Origin: a bacterium
Lineage (GTDB): Bacteria > Patescibacteriota > Patescibacteriia > JBAXGH01
Assembly (NCBI GenBank): GCA_037139515.1
Contig: JBAXGH010000005.1
Coordinates: forward strand, 1 to 62,597
DNA length: 62,597 nucleotides
Direction of reading: 5' to 3'
This document shows, piece after piece, positions 18,086 to 28,209 of this stretch. A program made the position numbers and the translations under genes. Numbering within the stretch: position 1 is the stretch's first letter; each line of letters starts with the position of its first letter. The notes under the pieces were generated by a model. That model saw only the letters and a list, made by a program, of their open reading frames with translations, made no database searches and was not told the DNA's origin.

Positions 18086-18355
18086 ATGGGAAAGAAATTG
18101 TTTGTTGGTGGTGTTTCATGGGGTACGACCGATCAGGCTTTGCGCGATGCTTTCTCGCAGGCCGGTACCGTCGCCTCCGCTCAGATCATCATCGATAAGA
18201 TGACGGGTCGCTCGAAGGGTTTCGGTTTCGTCGAAATGGAGTCTGATTCTGAAGCTATGGCCGCCATCGAAATGTGGAACGGCAAAGAGCTCGACGGTCG
18301 CCAGATCACGGTTAACGAAGCTCGTCCGCTCGCCCCACGCCCACCGCGTGGTTAA
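18086..18355 (+). CDS. RRM-type RNA-binding protein
   Basis: KLFVGG (RNP2) and KGFGFVEM (RNP1). Confidence 0.85.
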   Translation: MGKKLFVGGVSWGTTDQALRDAFSQAGTVASAQIIIDKMTGRSKGFGFVEMESDSEAMAAIEMWNGKELDGRQITVNEARPLAPRPPRG

Positions 18356-18370
18356 TCCGCAAGGATACGG

Positions 18371-18399
18371 AAAAACAGCTCTCACGAGCTGTTTTTCTT
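18371..18399 (+). terminator. rho-independent terminator
   Basis: AAAAACAGCTC-tcac-GAGCTGTTTTT. Confidence 0.75.
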
Positions 18400-18425
18400 A
18401 TTCCTGAAACTTTTTCGGCGATACG

Positions 18426-18502
18426 CGAGCGCGGTTTGGCGTACTCTGCGGCGGGCAACGGGGAGCGCATTGCCCGGCGCAGAGTACGACCAAAATCGCT
18501 CG
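18426..18502 (+). repeat. R4 77-nt hairpin element
   Basis: CGAGCGCGGTTTGGCGTACTCTGCGGCGGGCAA...TTGCCCGGCGCAGAGTACGACCAAAATCGCTCG. Confidence 0.8.
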
Positions 18503-18610
18503 CTTACCTTCTCGAACATCTTTTCAAAGTAAGTTTAACGGCTCGCGAAAGCCTCGGGTTTTTAAAAAGAGAAAATACATGTTTTTCTTTTGATCGAGTG
18601 GTGGTAAAGT

Positions 18611-18668
18611 GTATAAAATGTTTCCCTAAGCTCTAATCTCTAAGCTCTAGCCCCCTAACCCCACCCCC
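18611..18668 (+). promoter_or_regulatory. R6 heptad pyrimidine-rich leader abutting the mutM ATG
   Basis: GTATAAAATGTTTCC then CTAAG CTCTAAT CTCTAAG CTCTAGC CCCCTAA CCCCACC CCC-ATG. No SD. Confidence 0.6.
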
Positions 18669-19487
18669 ATGCCCGAACTACCGGAAGTAGAAACAATCCG
18701 TCGGCAGATGGAAAATAACCTTGTTGGGCGAAAAATCACCGATGTGATTGTTCGATTTGGTAAAAGATTAGAGCCGGCTCAGAAAAAATTCATCGAAGCA
18801 GTGAGGGGTGAGAAATTCGTCGGTTTTTCGCGTCGCGCAAAGCTTCTCATGCTTCATTTGAGCAATAAACTCACGATTGCCGCGCATTTAAAAATGACTG
18901 GGAAATTTGTTTTGAAGCCGCACGGCACAGAACCAGAAAAGCACGTTCATGTGATCTTTGTGCTCGATAACGGTCAAGATTTGTGGTTTCATGACGTTCG
19001 CAAGTTTGGATATTTGAAAATAATTTCGCTTGAAAAAGTCGAAGAGCTTTTTAAGGGCGATGAGTTTGGCCCGGAGCCTCTCGACAAAAAATTCTCGCTT
19101 GATATTTTTGAGAGTTGCATCAAGTCGCGCAAGAACAAAAAAATCAAGCCGCTTCTTATGGAGCCGAAGTGCATCGCGGGCATTGGGAATATCTATGCCG
19201 ACGAAGCGCTCTGGCACGCGCTTGTTAGGCCGACTCGTCGAGCTGGCTCGCTTAAAAAGCCGGAACTCGCAAAATTATACGACGGTATTATTGTGTCGCT
19301 CACCGAGTCACTGAAGCATCGCGGTGCCAGCTCTGAAAACTATCGCGATCTATTCGATACCGAAGGGGAGAGCACTAATTTCTTGCACGCTTATAACCAG
19401 GAAAAATGTGCGCGGTGCAAAGGCGCGATAAAACGAATCGTGATTGGTACGAGAAGCGCTCATTATTGCCCGAAATGCCAAAAATAA
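18669..19487 (+). CDS. mutM: formamidopyrimidine-DNA glycosylase
   Basis: MPELPEVE N-terminus and a C-terminal CxxC...CxxC zinc finger. Confidence 0.95.
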   Translation: MPELPEVETIRRQMENNLVGRKITDVIVRFGKRLEPAQKKFIEAVRGEKFVGFSRRAKLLMLHLSNKLTIAAHLKMTGKFVLKPHGTEPEKHVHVIFVLDNGQDLWFHDVRKFGYLKIISLEKVEELFKGDEFGPEPLDKKFSLDIFESCIKSRKNKKIKPLLMEPKCIAGIGNIYADEALWHALVRPTRRAGSLKKPELAKLYDGIIVSLTESLKHRGASSENYRDLFDTEGESTNFLHAYNQEKCARCKGAIKRIVIGTRSAHYCPKCQK

Positions 19488-19490
19488 TCT

Positions 19491-19865
19491 ATGTGGGTTA
19501 ACCGGCGCGAAATGGCTCGTGAAATTGCGGGACGGTTGAAGAATCACCTCGGAAACGATATTGAAGTTAGAGGAGTCGGGCGTTTTGGTGCCGCGATGGA
19601 AAAAGAAGCACGCGAAATCATGAAGGCTTCCACGGCTTCGAAACAAAATGTTTTATTGTTAATTGATAGCATTGAGCAGATTTCGGATGTCGAGCCGGCA
19701 ATCGTGGACTCGCGCAAACAGGGTTTTAAGCGCATAATACTTGGCGTTGGCGTGATGCCATCGACGCTTGTTGAGCCGGTTAAAAAAATCTCGAATGAGC
19801 TTTTTGTGCTTTTGGTGCCAAGATTTTTTCGTGCGACTGGTCAATATTTTGCCGGCGTGGATTAA
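19491..19865 (+). CDS. hypothetical protein
   Basis: 124-aa ORF, no motif recognised. Confidence 0.4.
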   Translation: MWVNRREMAREIAGRLKNHLGNDIEVRGVGRFGAAMEKEAREIMKASTASKQNVLLLIDSIEQISDVEPAIVDSRKQGFKRIILGVGVMPSTLVEPVKKISNELFVLLVPRFFRATGQYFAGVD

Positions 19866-19866
19866 T

Positions 19867-19920
19867 GTCGTAAATGTTTCCCTAATCTCTAAGCTCTAAC
19901 CCCTAATCTCTCGTCCCGCT
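19867..19920 (+). promoter_or_regulatory. R6 heptad pyrimidine-rich leader abutting the PAP2 ATG
   Basis: GTCGTAAATGTTTC then CCTAAT CTCTAAG CTCTAAC CCCTAAT CTCTCGT CCCGCT-ATG. Confidence 0.6.
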
Positions 19921-20385
19921 ATGTCTTCCTTCATGTACTTTTGGAGCTGGCTTTTTTCAAGCTTCGTCGGCGCCTGTTTGTTTTCGCTTTTTGGTTTGTA
20001 TTTGATTTTAAAGAAAAGATATCGTGACGCGATTTTTGTTGTAGCTTCCGGTGCGGCTTCGGCGGTGTTTGTAAAAATAATTAAGGCTCTTGTGCATCGT
20101 GATCGTCCGCGCATCGATCCTTCTGTTTGGGCTGATGGATACAGCTTTCCGTCAGGTCATTCGACAGCTGCTGCCTGTATCGGGATTTTGATTTTATGGT
20201 TTTTAGTGCCAGAAAAGAAAAGAAAATACTTTGTCTTTCCGGTTACGGTGCTTGTGGCCTGCGTCGGTGCGAGTCGAATCTATTTCGGGGTGCATTATAT
20301 TTCCGATGTGTTCGCCGGTTATGTACTCGGCGCACTCATTGCGGTTGCTACGATTCTACTCGACCGAAAGACCAAAATGCGCTAA
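19921..20385 (+). CDS. PAP2-family phosphatase
   Basis: PSGHS and SRIYFGVHYISDV motifs. Confidence 0.85.
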   Translation: MSSFMYFWSWLFSSFVGACLFSLFGLYLILKKRYRDAIFVVASGAASAVFVKIIKALVHRDRPRIDPSVWADGYSFPSGHSTAAACIGILILWFLVPEKKRKYFVFPVTVLVACVGASRIYFGVHYISDVFAGYVLGALIAVATILLDRKTKMR

Positions 20386-20405
20386 GATAGAGTCATATTT
20401 AATTT

Positions 20406-22193
20406 ATGGCGTTTTTACATTTTTTGCGACGTCCGTTGGTTATTATTTCACTCGTCATTCTTTTGATTGGTGGGTATTTTACGTATAAACATTTTTCACC
20501 GGTTCCGCCAACTTTTACGACTGTCTCGGTTGTCAAAAAACCGATTGCGGAGTACGTGACCGCGACCGGTTCGGTAGCTCCACTTGCAAAATATACTCTC
20601 TCATTTGAAAGACAAGGAAAGATAAAGGAGATTCCGGTTAAAGTCGGTGACTTAGTTAGAGCTGGAGACGCACTCGCGATTCTTGATGATGCCGAAGCAA
20701 AAAATGCGCTTATGCGCGCCAAGGCGAACGAAGCCGGAGCTTACGCTAAGTTGAAACAGGTGACCGGAGGTACTCGCGCGGAAGAGATATATCTGGCTGA
20801 AACGGCACTTAAGGCACGTGAACTGGAACTCGCACAGATAAAGGCGCTTTCGGAAGCTAATCTTGGAACCGCATCATCAGATCAATCGGCAGCTGGTCAG
20901 CGAGTTTCTTCCGCGCAGACTGATTTGGAAAAAACTAAAGCTAAAGCTGTTTCCGATTTAGATTCGGATTACGCAAACGGCATCGCGACTCTGCGATCAA
21001 ATTTTGGTAAATTAAGTCAGGCTTTGGTGGTGGTTGATCGTACCCGTCGGCTTTATTTTGAATCACGTGACACTATTGTGCATGGTGCCAGAATTCTTGA
21101 AATTCAAAGGCAGGCCGAAGGTTATGTCGAAGATTTAAACAAGAAGATCCAGGTTGCAAACGACCAGTCGGGAATAGATTCGGCTTTTGTTGTGGCGGCG
21201 AACGCCGTCGAAAAGACGCTCGAAACAGTGCAGTACCTTCGAAATACCGCAATCGAAGATCCGAATATTCGCGATACTTTTCCGACCAATGAGCGAACTA
21301 ATATAGAAGCTGAGCGCGCGAGTGTGGAAGCAACCGATACGGCCGTTACAAACGCACGCCAAAATATCGAGAATCAAAAGTCAGCCAATAGCATCGCGAT
21401 TTCTAGCGCCGAATCTACTCTTCGTGATGCCGAGTCAGCGCTCGCAACTCAAAATCAAAGACAGACCGGAACGCTTATTAGCGGTTCATCTGATGTAACG
21501 CGTGCGCAATCGGCGGTTGCGGAAGCTCAAGCTCAGCTCAAGTTGAAGAGAGCTTCGGCGCGAAGCTCTGATGTAGATGCAGCGCTTGCTGAATTAGATG
21601 CGGTTAAATCTTCGGTTGCTGATGCTGAAGTCGGTGTTACGAAAACTGTTTTACGCGCGCCGGTCGATGGCGTGATCACCGATATCAGCATCGATATTGG
21701 TGAAGTCGTCGGTGTGAGCACAAACGTGAATCCGGTCGTGACGATGATCGCTGCTCCTCCTTATGTGATAGAAGCCAATATCGCCGAAATCGATATTCCT
21801 AAGATTAAGCTTGAAAATGGAGTCGATATCAATTTTGATGCGTATCAGGGCAATGATTTTAAGGGTCACGTCTCTGAAATTTACCCAGCAGAAACTGTTG
21901 TTCAAGGTGTTATTTATTATCGGATAAAGGTGGCTTTTGATGACGTCGGAGTATTGGCTCTGCCTGGTATGACGGCGAACCTCAAGCTTATCGCGGCTTC
22001 CAAAGATCAGGCCTTGGTTGTACCTTACGCGGCCGTTATTCGTGAGGGAAAGGTTGATTATGTTCGAATTCCGAACGGTATTACTTTTGATAAGCGTGAG
22101 GTTAAAGTCGGAATTCAGTCCGATACCGAAGTTGAGATTTTAAGCGGGGTTTCCGAAGGTGACAAAGTGATTACGTATATCACCCAGAACTAG
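20406..22193 (+). CDS. HlyD/MacA-like periplasmic adaptor with a long coiled coil
   Basis: N-terminal TM segment, lipoyl-like VKVGDLVRAGDALAILD, followed by ABC genes. Confidence 0.75.
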   Translation: MAFLHFLRRPLVIISLVILLIGGYFTYKHFSPVPPTFTTVSVVKKPIAEYVTATGSVAPLAKYTLSFERQGKIKEIPVKVGDLVRAGDALAILDDAEAKNALMRAKANEAGAYAKLKQVTGGTRAEEIYLAETALKARELELAQIKALSEANLGTASSDQSAAGQRVSSAQTDLEKTKAKAVSDLDSDYANGIATLRSNFGKLSQALVVVDRTRRLYFESRDTIVHGARILEIQRQAEGYVEDLNKKIQVANDQSGIDSAFVVAANAVEKTLETVQYLRNTAIEDPNIRDTFPTNERTNIEAERASVEATDTAVTNARQNIENQKSANSIAISSAESTLRDAESALATQNQRQTGTLISGSSDVTRAQSAVAEAQAQLKLKRASARSSDVDAALAELDAVKSSVADAEVGVTKTVLRAPVDGVITDISIDIGEVVGVSTNVNPVVTMIAAPPYVIEANIAEIDIPKIKLENGVDINFDAYQGNDFKGHVSEIYPAETVVQGVIYYRIKVAFDDVGVLALPGMTANLKLIAASKDQALVVPYAAVIREGKVDYVRIPNGITFDKREVKVGIQSDTEVEILSGVSEGDKVITYITQN

Positions 22194-22200
22194 TACCGCC

Positions 22201-22872
22201 ATGATTGAACTTAAAAACATCACAAAAACTTATACTACCGGCGAAGTTACCACCCAGGTTTTGAAGGGAGTGAACGTCGATATCAAAAAGGGTGAATTCG
22301 CGGCGATTAAGGGCGCTTCTGGTTCCGGTAAGACAACGATTATGCATATCGTCGGTCTTCTGGACCGTCCAACTGCCGGCGAATACCTTTTTGAGGGCGA
22401 AGATGTTTCAAAGAAGCGTGATGAAGAACTCGCGGCGCTGCGCAATAAAAAAATAGGCTTCGTTTTTCAAGCCTTTTATTTGTTGCCAAGAACTTCGGTT
22501 TTAGAAAATGTACTTCTGCCGACTCTCTATTCAAAAGAAAAGCGTGATGAAAAAAAAGACCGTGAACGTGCTTTGGAGCTTTTAACGCGCGTTAAGCTCT
22601 CGCACCGCATTAATAATTTTCAAAATCAAATTTCCGGCGGTGAGATGCAGCGCACGGCAATCGCTCGCGCGCTCATGAATGATCCCGACGTAATCTTAGC
22701 TGATGAGCCGACCGGTAATTTGGATGTGACGAACACGGTTGAGGTGATGAAAATTTTTCATGAGCTTCACGAAGCCGGAAAAACGATTGTTATCGTTACT
22801 CACGAAGAAGAAGTAGCAGCGCAAGCAACCAGGATCATTCACGTTCGAGACGGATTGATAGTGCCGGGATAG
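22201..22872 (+). CDS. ABC transporter ATP-binding protein (MacB/LolD-like)
   Basis: GASGSGKTT, ISGGEMQR, ILADEPTGNLD. Confidence 0.9.
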   Translation: MIELKNITKTYTTGEVTTQVLKGVNVDIKKGEFAAIKGASGSGKTTIMHIVGLLDRPTAGEYLFEGEDVSKKRDEELAALRNKKIGFVFQAFYLLPRTSVLENVLLPTLYSKEKRDEKKDRERALELLTRVKLSHRINNFQNQISGGEMQRTAIARALMNDPDVILADEPTGNLDVTNTVEVMKIFHELHEAGKTIVIVTHEEEVAAQATRIIHVRDGLIVPG

Positions 22873-22897
22873 TTTTTCGCGCCGTAATATATTTCGT

Positions 22898-24133
22898 GTG
22901 TTTCAAATCATCGTCTATATTAAGTCAGCGGTTCATGCCATGCGCGCAAACTTGCTGCGCAGTCTTTTGACGATGCTTGGAATTGTGATTGGAGTTTCAA
23001 GTGTCATGTTGGTTGCGTCGATTGGAAAAGGAACTCAGCAGCTGATTGTTTCTCAAGTCGCAACCGTCGGAACTAACTTGATCGGAATTCTGCCAGGGAA
23101 AAGCGAATCAAATGGGCCACCGGCCGCCGTGCTTGGAATTATGATTAGAACGCTCACGACTGAAGATATTGATGCGGTTGCGAAGATTCCAGGCGTTGTT
23201 GGAGCAACCGGGTATGTAACAGCTCGGGCGCAGATGTCGAGTAGTGCGAAGAACTTCGATTCTGATTTGGTTGGGGTGAATTCTTCATTTTTAGATATCG
23301 AAAATCAGGCTTTATCTGCCGGCAGATTTTTTACGACCGACGAAGTAACTCGTCAGGCACGTGTGATTGTACTTGGTCCGGATGTTAAGACGCAGCTTTT
23401 TGGCGAAAGTGATGCGGTTGGTGAAATGGTGCGTTTTAAAAGTATGCAATTTGTTGTAATCGGAGTTGCAGCCAAACGCGGCGCGACGCTTTTTGGTGAT
23501 TTTGACAAGCGTTCTTATGCGCCAATCTCTGTTGTGCAAAAAGAAATTGCCGGCATTAACTATGTGAATATCGCGAGAGCCAAGTCGGAGGACGCGAATC
23601 AAACAGATAAAATAGTTGAAGAGATTACGGCGCTACTTAGACGCCGTCACCATATTCCGTCTCCCGACAAAGATGATTTTATGGTTCAGAGCACCGCCCA
23701 GGGACTCGCGATATTGAGTGGTATCACCGGTGCGATTTCGGCTTTCTTGCTTGCGATAACCGCGATTTCACTGCTCGTGGGCGGCATTGGTATCATGAAC
23801 ATCATGCTCGTTGCAATTTCAGAGCGGTATCGCGAAATAGGTTTGCGAAAAGCGCTCGGAGCTTCAAATAAGACTGTCATGATTCAATTTTTGGTTGAAA
23901 GTATTATTGTTTCATTCATTGCCGGGATCATCGGTATCGTGATTGGAAGCCTAGCTGCTTGGTTTCTGGCTTTTGGAGTTCGTTATGCTGGTTATGATTG
24001 GCAGTTAATTTTGGATCCAAGAGATATTGTTATAGCAGCTCTAGTTTCGGCGCTGGTCGGAATTATTGCGGGGCTTTATCCGGCGATTGGTGCGGCGCGT
24101 CTTGAACCAACGGAGGCCTTAAAATCGCAATAG
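22898..24133 (+). CDS. ABC transporter permease (FtsX/MacB-type)
   Basis: MacB_PCD-like extracytoplasmic domain plus FtsX TM segments (GGIGIMNIML). The start could instead be the internal ATG near 22940. Confidence 0.85.
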   Translation: MFQIIVYIKSAVHAMRANLLRSLLTMLGIVIGVSSVMLVASIGKGTQQLIVSQVATVGTNLIGILPGKSESNGPPAAVLGIMIRTLTTEDIDAVAKIPGVVGATGYVTARAQMSSSAKNFDSDLVGVNSSFLDIENQALSAGRFFTTDEVTRQARVIVLGPDVKTQLFGESDAVGEMVRFKSMQFVVIGVAAKRGATLFGDFDKRSYAPISVVQKEIAGINYVNIARAKSEDANQTDKIVEEITALLRRRHHIPSPDKDDFMVQSTAQGLAILSGITGAISAFLLAITAISLLVGGIGIMNIMLVAISERYREIGLRKALGASNKTVMIQFLVESIIVSFIAGIIGIVIGSLAAWFLAFGVRYAGYDWQLILDPRDIVIAALVSALVGIIAGLYPAIGAARLEPTEALKSQ

Positions 24134-24134
24134 T

Positions 24135-25379
24135 ATGCAAGTTGGATATGCGGTTAAAACTAGCTTAAAGAATCTAAGGCGCTATCCTTTGCGTTCAGCT
24201 CTTTCAATTCTCGGCATCGTGATCGGGATTTTCGCGGTTTCGCTAACAGTCTCGCTTGGCGGCGGAGTTCAAGAATTCGTAATTTCGTCACTTTCTTCGT
24301 ATGGAACCGGAATTGTGAGCGTTCAAACGAGAGTGCCGGGATTGTCTTCGTTCGGTACCTCGTCAGCGAGAGTTCAAGGAATCGAAGTGACGACACTGAA
24401 GCCATCGGACTTTAAAGCGCTCGAAGCTTTACCATTTGTTGAATCGACTTCGAGCTACAATATGGCTCAGGGCATTGCCGTTGTCGGCAATAAAGAAAAG
24501 CAGCTACTCATGATTGCGGCGACGGAAAATTATCAAGCGGTAGACCCGCAGGTAGTTATTGATAAAGGAAGATTTTTTAATGCAAATGAAAATAACGGCG
24601 CTGAAAATGTAATCGTACTTGGCTCGGAGGCCAAACAGACATTTTTTGGAGATTCAGACCCGCTTGGTCAGATGATTCGCATTCGCTCGGCGTCTTTTCG
24701 CGTTATTGGCACCGTCGTGCCGCGTGGTCAATCTTTCGGCTTTAATTTAGATACTGTCGGCTATATTCCTCTTAAAACTGCTCAGCATGAAATACTTGGT
24801 ATTGATTATGTGCAAGAAGGCGTCGTGAAGCTCGCGCCCGGCTATTCAGAGGCGGAAGCTGCGGCGGCAATAGCTGATTTTATGCGTCGCAGACACCATA
24901 TTATCGATCCCGCGAAGGATGATTTTTCCGTAACCACCATGGATCAGGTGATTGGTATTGCAACCACGGTTACTGACGTTATGCGTTTTTTGCTGGTTAC
25001 ACTCGCGGCGATTTCTTTATTGGTTGGCGGCATTGGAATTATGAATATTATGTTGGTTTCGGTGACCGAGCGTTTGCATGAAATCGGTATTCGTAAATCA
25101 TACGGAGCGACTCTGGATGATGTCTTTAACCAATTCGTCGTTGAATCAATCACCCTAACTTCGCTCGGTGGAATTATCGGAACTATACTTGCGGTTTTAA
25201 GCATTCTTCTTGTGGGAGTTGTTTTACGGGCTAATGGCTATGCTTGGAAGTTAGGCGTGCCAATAGAATCTATAGTGATCGCGATTACAGTCGCCGCGGT
25301 TATCGGCTACGTATTTGGCCTATATCCGGCCAGAAAAGCCGGACGTATGTCGACGATTGAAGCGCTTAAAATCGATTAG
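24135..25379 (+). CDS. ABC transporter permease (FtsX/MacB-type), paralogue
   Basis: Same architecture as 22898-24133, with GGIGIMNIML. Confidence 0.85.
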   Translation: MQVGYAVKTSLKNLRRYPLRSALSILGIVIGIFAVSLTVSLGGGVQEFVISSLSSYGTGIVSVQTRVPGLSSFGTSSARVQGIEVTTLKPSDFKALEALPFVESTSSYNMAQGIAVVGNKEKQLLMIAATENYQAVDPQVVIDKGRFFNANENNGAENVIVLGSEAKQTFFGDSDPLGQMIRIRSASFRVIGTVVPRGQSFGFNLDTVGYIPLKTAQHEILGIDYVQEGVVKLAPGYSEAEAAAAIADFMRRRHHIIDPAKDDFSVTTMDQVIGIATTVTDVMRFLLVTLAAISLLVGGIGIMNIMLVSVTERLHEIGIRKSYGATLDDVFNQFVVESITLTSLGGIIGTILAVLSILLVGVVLRANGYAWKLGVPIESIVIAITVAAVIGYVFGLYPARKAGRMSTIEALKID

Positions 25380-25388
25380 CAAGACCGT

Positions 25389-27917
25389 ATGGAGGAAAAA
25401 ATATCGCTGGAATTGGCGGCAAAAAGCGTCGGAGAAACGGTCTATAAAATTTTGCATACAAGCGAAACCGGTTTAAGTGACGCGGAAGCAAAAGCTAGGC
25501 TCAAGCGTGATGGCGCCAATGTTTTTACGCCGGAATCGGTGAGCGCATTTGAGCTTCTCGGGCGACAGCTTCTCGCGCCGCTCACACTCATGCTTCTCGC
25601 GGCGGCGGTTTTGTCTTTTGTGGTTGGCGGAAAAATCGACTCAATTGTTATTTCTGTGGTTGTGATCCTGAATATCGTGCTTTCATTCGTTCAGGAATAT
25701 CACGCCGAAGTCGCGACCAAAAAACTTTTGCACAAACTGATTCCGCAAATTGAAGTCATGCGCGACGGTGAGTTTAAGGAGATTTCAGCGCGCGAAATTG
25801 TGGCTGGAGATATTATTCGGTTGGAAGCCGGCGATGTGGTTCCGGCGGATGCGCGAATTGTTTCAGCGAATGGAGTTTTGGTTGATGAAATGATGCTTTC
25901 CGGAGAGTCGGCGCCGGTTCAAAAAAACGAAAAAACTATTCGTAGATCGGTTGAAACGAGCAATGATGCCGAAAATATTATTTTTGCGGGAACTAATTTG
26001 CTTTCAGGAATTGTTACGGCGGTGGTTTTTCGTACCGGCAAGCACTCCGAAGCCGGTGAACTGCTTGCACTTGCGACTGAAAATCCGGAACCGAGTGCTT
26101 TTGAAATCATCGTAAAAAAATTGAATTCTTTCATTTTTAAAGTAATTAGCATTTCGCTCGTGATTGTTTTTATCGCCCAGATGTTTTTGCATTCGAACAT
26201 GAGCATTCCGGAGCGCCTGCTGTTTTTTGTGGCGCTTGCGATTCTGATGGTGCCGGAAGTGCTGCCGGCGGTTGTCATGATAACTTTTGCGCGCGGTGCC
26301 ATGAAACTCGCGAAACAGCATGTTTTGGTGCGCCGACTTTCGGCGGTCGAGGAGCTGGGTCATGTGAATGTTTTGTGTGTTGATAAGACCGGAACCCTCA
26401 CCGAGGGTGTGATGAAAGTTTCGGAGGTTCGTGGCGACGAGGATATGCTCATGAAATTCGTTACTGCGACCGTCGGAAAGCATGTTCCGCATACTATTTC
26501 TGGTCTTGCATATGATGCGGCACTAGCCGAACATTTCGGCAAACATCAGCATCATGGTGAAATTCTGGCCGTCGAGCCTTTCGACCCGATCCGTAGACGC
26601 TCTTCGAAATTACTGAAAATCAACGGGAAGACTTATATCTTTGTTTCCGGAGCGCCGGAAGCGGTTCTCGCGACTTCAACTTCGGCTCATGATGGCGTCT
26701 TAGACGAGAAGGACTGGCTTCAAGAATATCGAACGATGGGCGAGGCGGGGGAGAGAACTCTGGCTTTTGGATATCGTGAATTCGATGGCAAAGAAATAAC
26801 AGCTAGAGACGAAAAGGATTTAATCTTTTTGGGCATCATCGGATTTTCTGACCCGATTCGTCATACAGCGGAAGCAGCTATTCGAGCAGCCGAAGCTTTG
26901 CATATCGAGGTTAAGATTTTGACTGGCGACAGTATTGAAGTCGCTGAAGCGGTGGCGCGCAAAGCCGGACTGCTCGCGAAGCATGAACGTGCTGTGACTG
27001 GTGAAGAATTTGCCCGCGCGAACCGCTCGGAACAGCTGACTTATGTTCGTGATTGCAAGGTTTTTGCGCGCGTCTCGCCGAATGAAAAACATCAAATCGT
27101 AAAACTTCTGGAATCTGACGGGCGCCGCGTGGCTTTCATGGGAGACGGCATGAATGATGCTCCGGCTTTGCGGGCGGCTCATGTCGGCATGGCGGTTTCT
27201 TCGGCTGCTGATATCGCGAAGAGCGCTGCCGATATTGTGCTCATGAAAAATGGACTGCACGTAATTATCGACGCCATCGGTTATGGCCGCGATATGTTCG
27301 CGAATGTGCGTAAGTTTTTGTATGCGGCGCTCGCGAGCAACTTTGGAAACTTCGTTACCGCAACGGTTCTTTCGGTTGCTCTGCCGTTCTTACCGCTTCT
27401 CCCGGTGCAAATTCTTCTTCTGAATTTTATCGGTGATTTCCCTCTGATTTCGGTGGCTTCTGATAGGGTTGATGTCGAAGACCGTGCTTCGCCACGCACC
27501 TGGAATGAAAAAGAGTTTTATTACATCGTGATAGTTCTTGGGCTTGTGAGTACGTTTTTTGACTTTCTCTCGTTCGGAATTTTTCATGCGATTTCGCCGG
27601 ATCGTTTTCGTACGCTTTGGTTCATGGAATCGACTTTTACGCAGATATTGTTGATTTTTTCGGTGCGCTCCTGGCGCCCGATTTGGCGCGCTACGGCACC
27701 AAGTTTAACTCTTACGATGCTTACGGTGCTTGGTATTGCGATGGCTGCCATCACTCCGTTCACTGCTTTTGGTGAGAAATATTTCAGGTTTAGTCGGCCG
27801 ATTTGGAGCGAAGTTGTGATTTTGTTGATTCTAGCCGCCGGCTATTTGTTTGTTACTGAAATGGTTAAAAAAATTCTAAAACATAAAATCTATGAAACCA
27901 AAGCCATCAAAGTTTAA
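25389..27917 (+). CDS. cation-transporting P-type ATPase
   Basis: CVDKTGTLT and MGDGMNDAPAL. Confidence 0.9.
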   Translation: MEEKISLELAAKSVGETVYKILHTSETGLSDAEAKARLKRDGANVFTPESVSAFELLGRQLLAPLTLMLLAAAVLSFVVGGKIDSIVISVVVILNIVLSFVQEYHAEVATKKLLHKLIPQIEVMRDGEFKEISAREIVAGDIIRLEAGDVVPADARIVSANGVLVDEMMLSGESAPVQKNEKTIRRSVETSNDAENIIFAGTNLLSGIVTAVVFRTGKHSEAGELLALATENPEPSAFEIIVKKLNSFIFKVISISLVIVFIAQMFLHSNMSIPERLLFFVALAILMVPEVLPAVVMITFARGAMKLAKQHVLVRRLSAVEELGHVNVLCVDKTGTLTEGVMKVSEVRGDEDMLMKFVTATVGKHVPHTISGLAYDAALAEHFGKHQHHGEILAVEPFDPIRRRSSKLLKINGKTYIFVSGAPEAVLATSTSAHDGVLDEKDWLQEYRTMGEAGERTLAFGYREFDGKEITARDEKDLIFLGIIGFSDPIRHTAEAAIRAAEALHIEVKILTGDSIEVAEAVARKAGLLAKHERAVTGEEFARANRSEQLTYVRDCKVFARVSPNEKHQIVKLLESDGRRVAFMGDGMNDAPALRAAHVGMAVSSAADIAKSAADIVLMKNGLHVIIDAIGYGRDMFANVRKFLYAALASNFGNFVTATVLSVALPFLPLLPVQILLLNFIGDFPLISVASDRVDVEDRASPRTWNEKEFYYIVIVLGLVSTFFDFLSFGIFHAISPDRFRTLWFMESTFTQILLIFSVRSWRPIWRATAPSLTLTMLTVLGIAMAAITPFTAFGEKYFRFSRPIWSEVVILLILAAGYLFVTEMVKKILKHKIYETKAIKV

Positions 27918-28040
27918 GCCCGGGGTTTGTGTAACCTGTTCGGTACCGCCGGAAATTCTATCTATTTTGAAGAAAAATTCGGTTAATAAAAATATTTTGA
28001 AAAAAGTGGCCAAAGTATCAAAAGTGCGGTAAAGTACTAA

Positions 28041-28202
28041 TAAGCCTGTTGCCATTTAAGCTCCAGTCCAAAATGATAGCTTTCGGCAAACTCTAGGCAA
28101 AAATATTTTACCTTAGCTCGGGCTAAGCAAAAATATTTATAGCCGTCGATTTTGCTCGAAATCTATCATTTTGGGCAAGAAGCTTAAATGGTAACAGGCT
28201 TA
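28041..28202. other. ~160-nt imperfect long hairpin (candidate structured RNA or MITE)
   Basis: The 22-nt arms TAAGCCTGTTGCCATTTAAGCT / AGCTTAAATGGTAACAGGCTTA have 1 mismatch. Further pairs are CCAAAATGATAG/CTATCATTTTGG, with a central CTTAGC-tcgg-GCTAAG. Confidence 0.6.
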
Positions 28203-28209
28203 ATTAACT

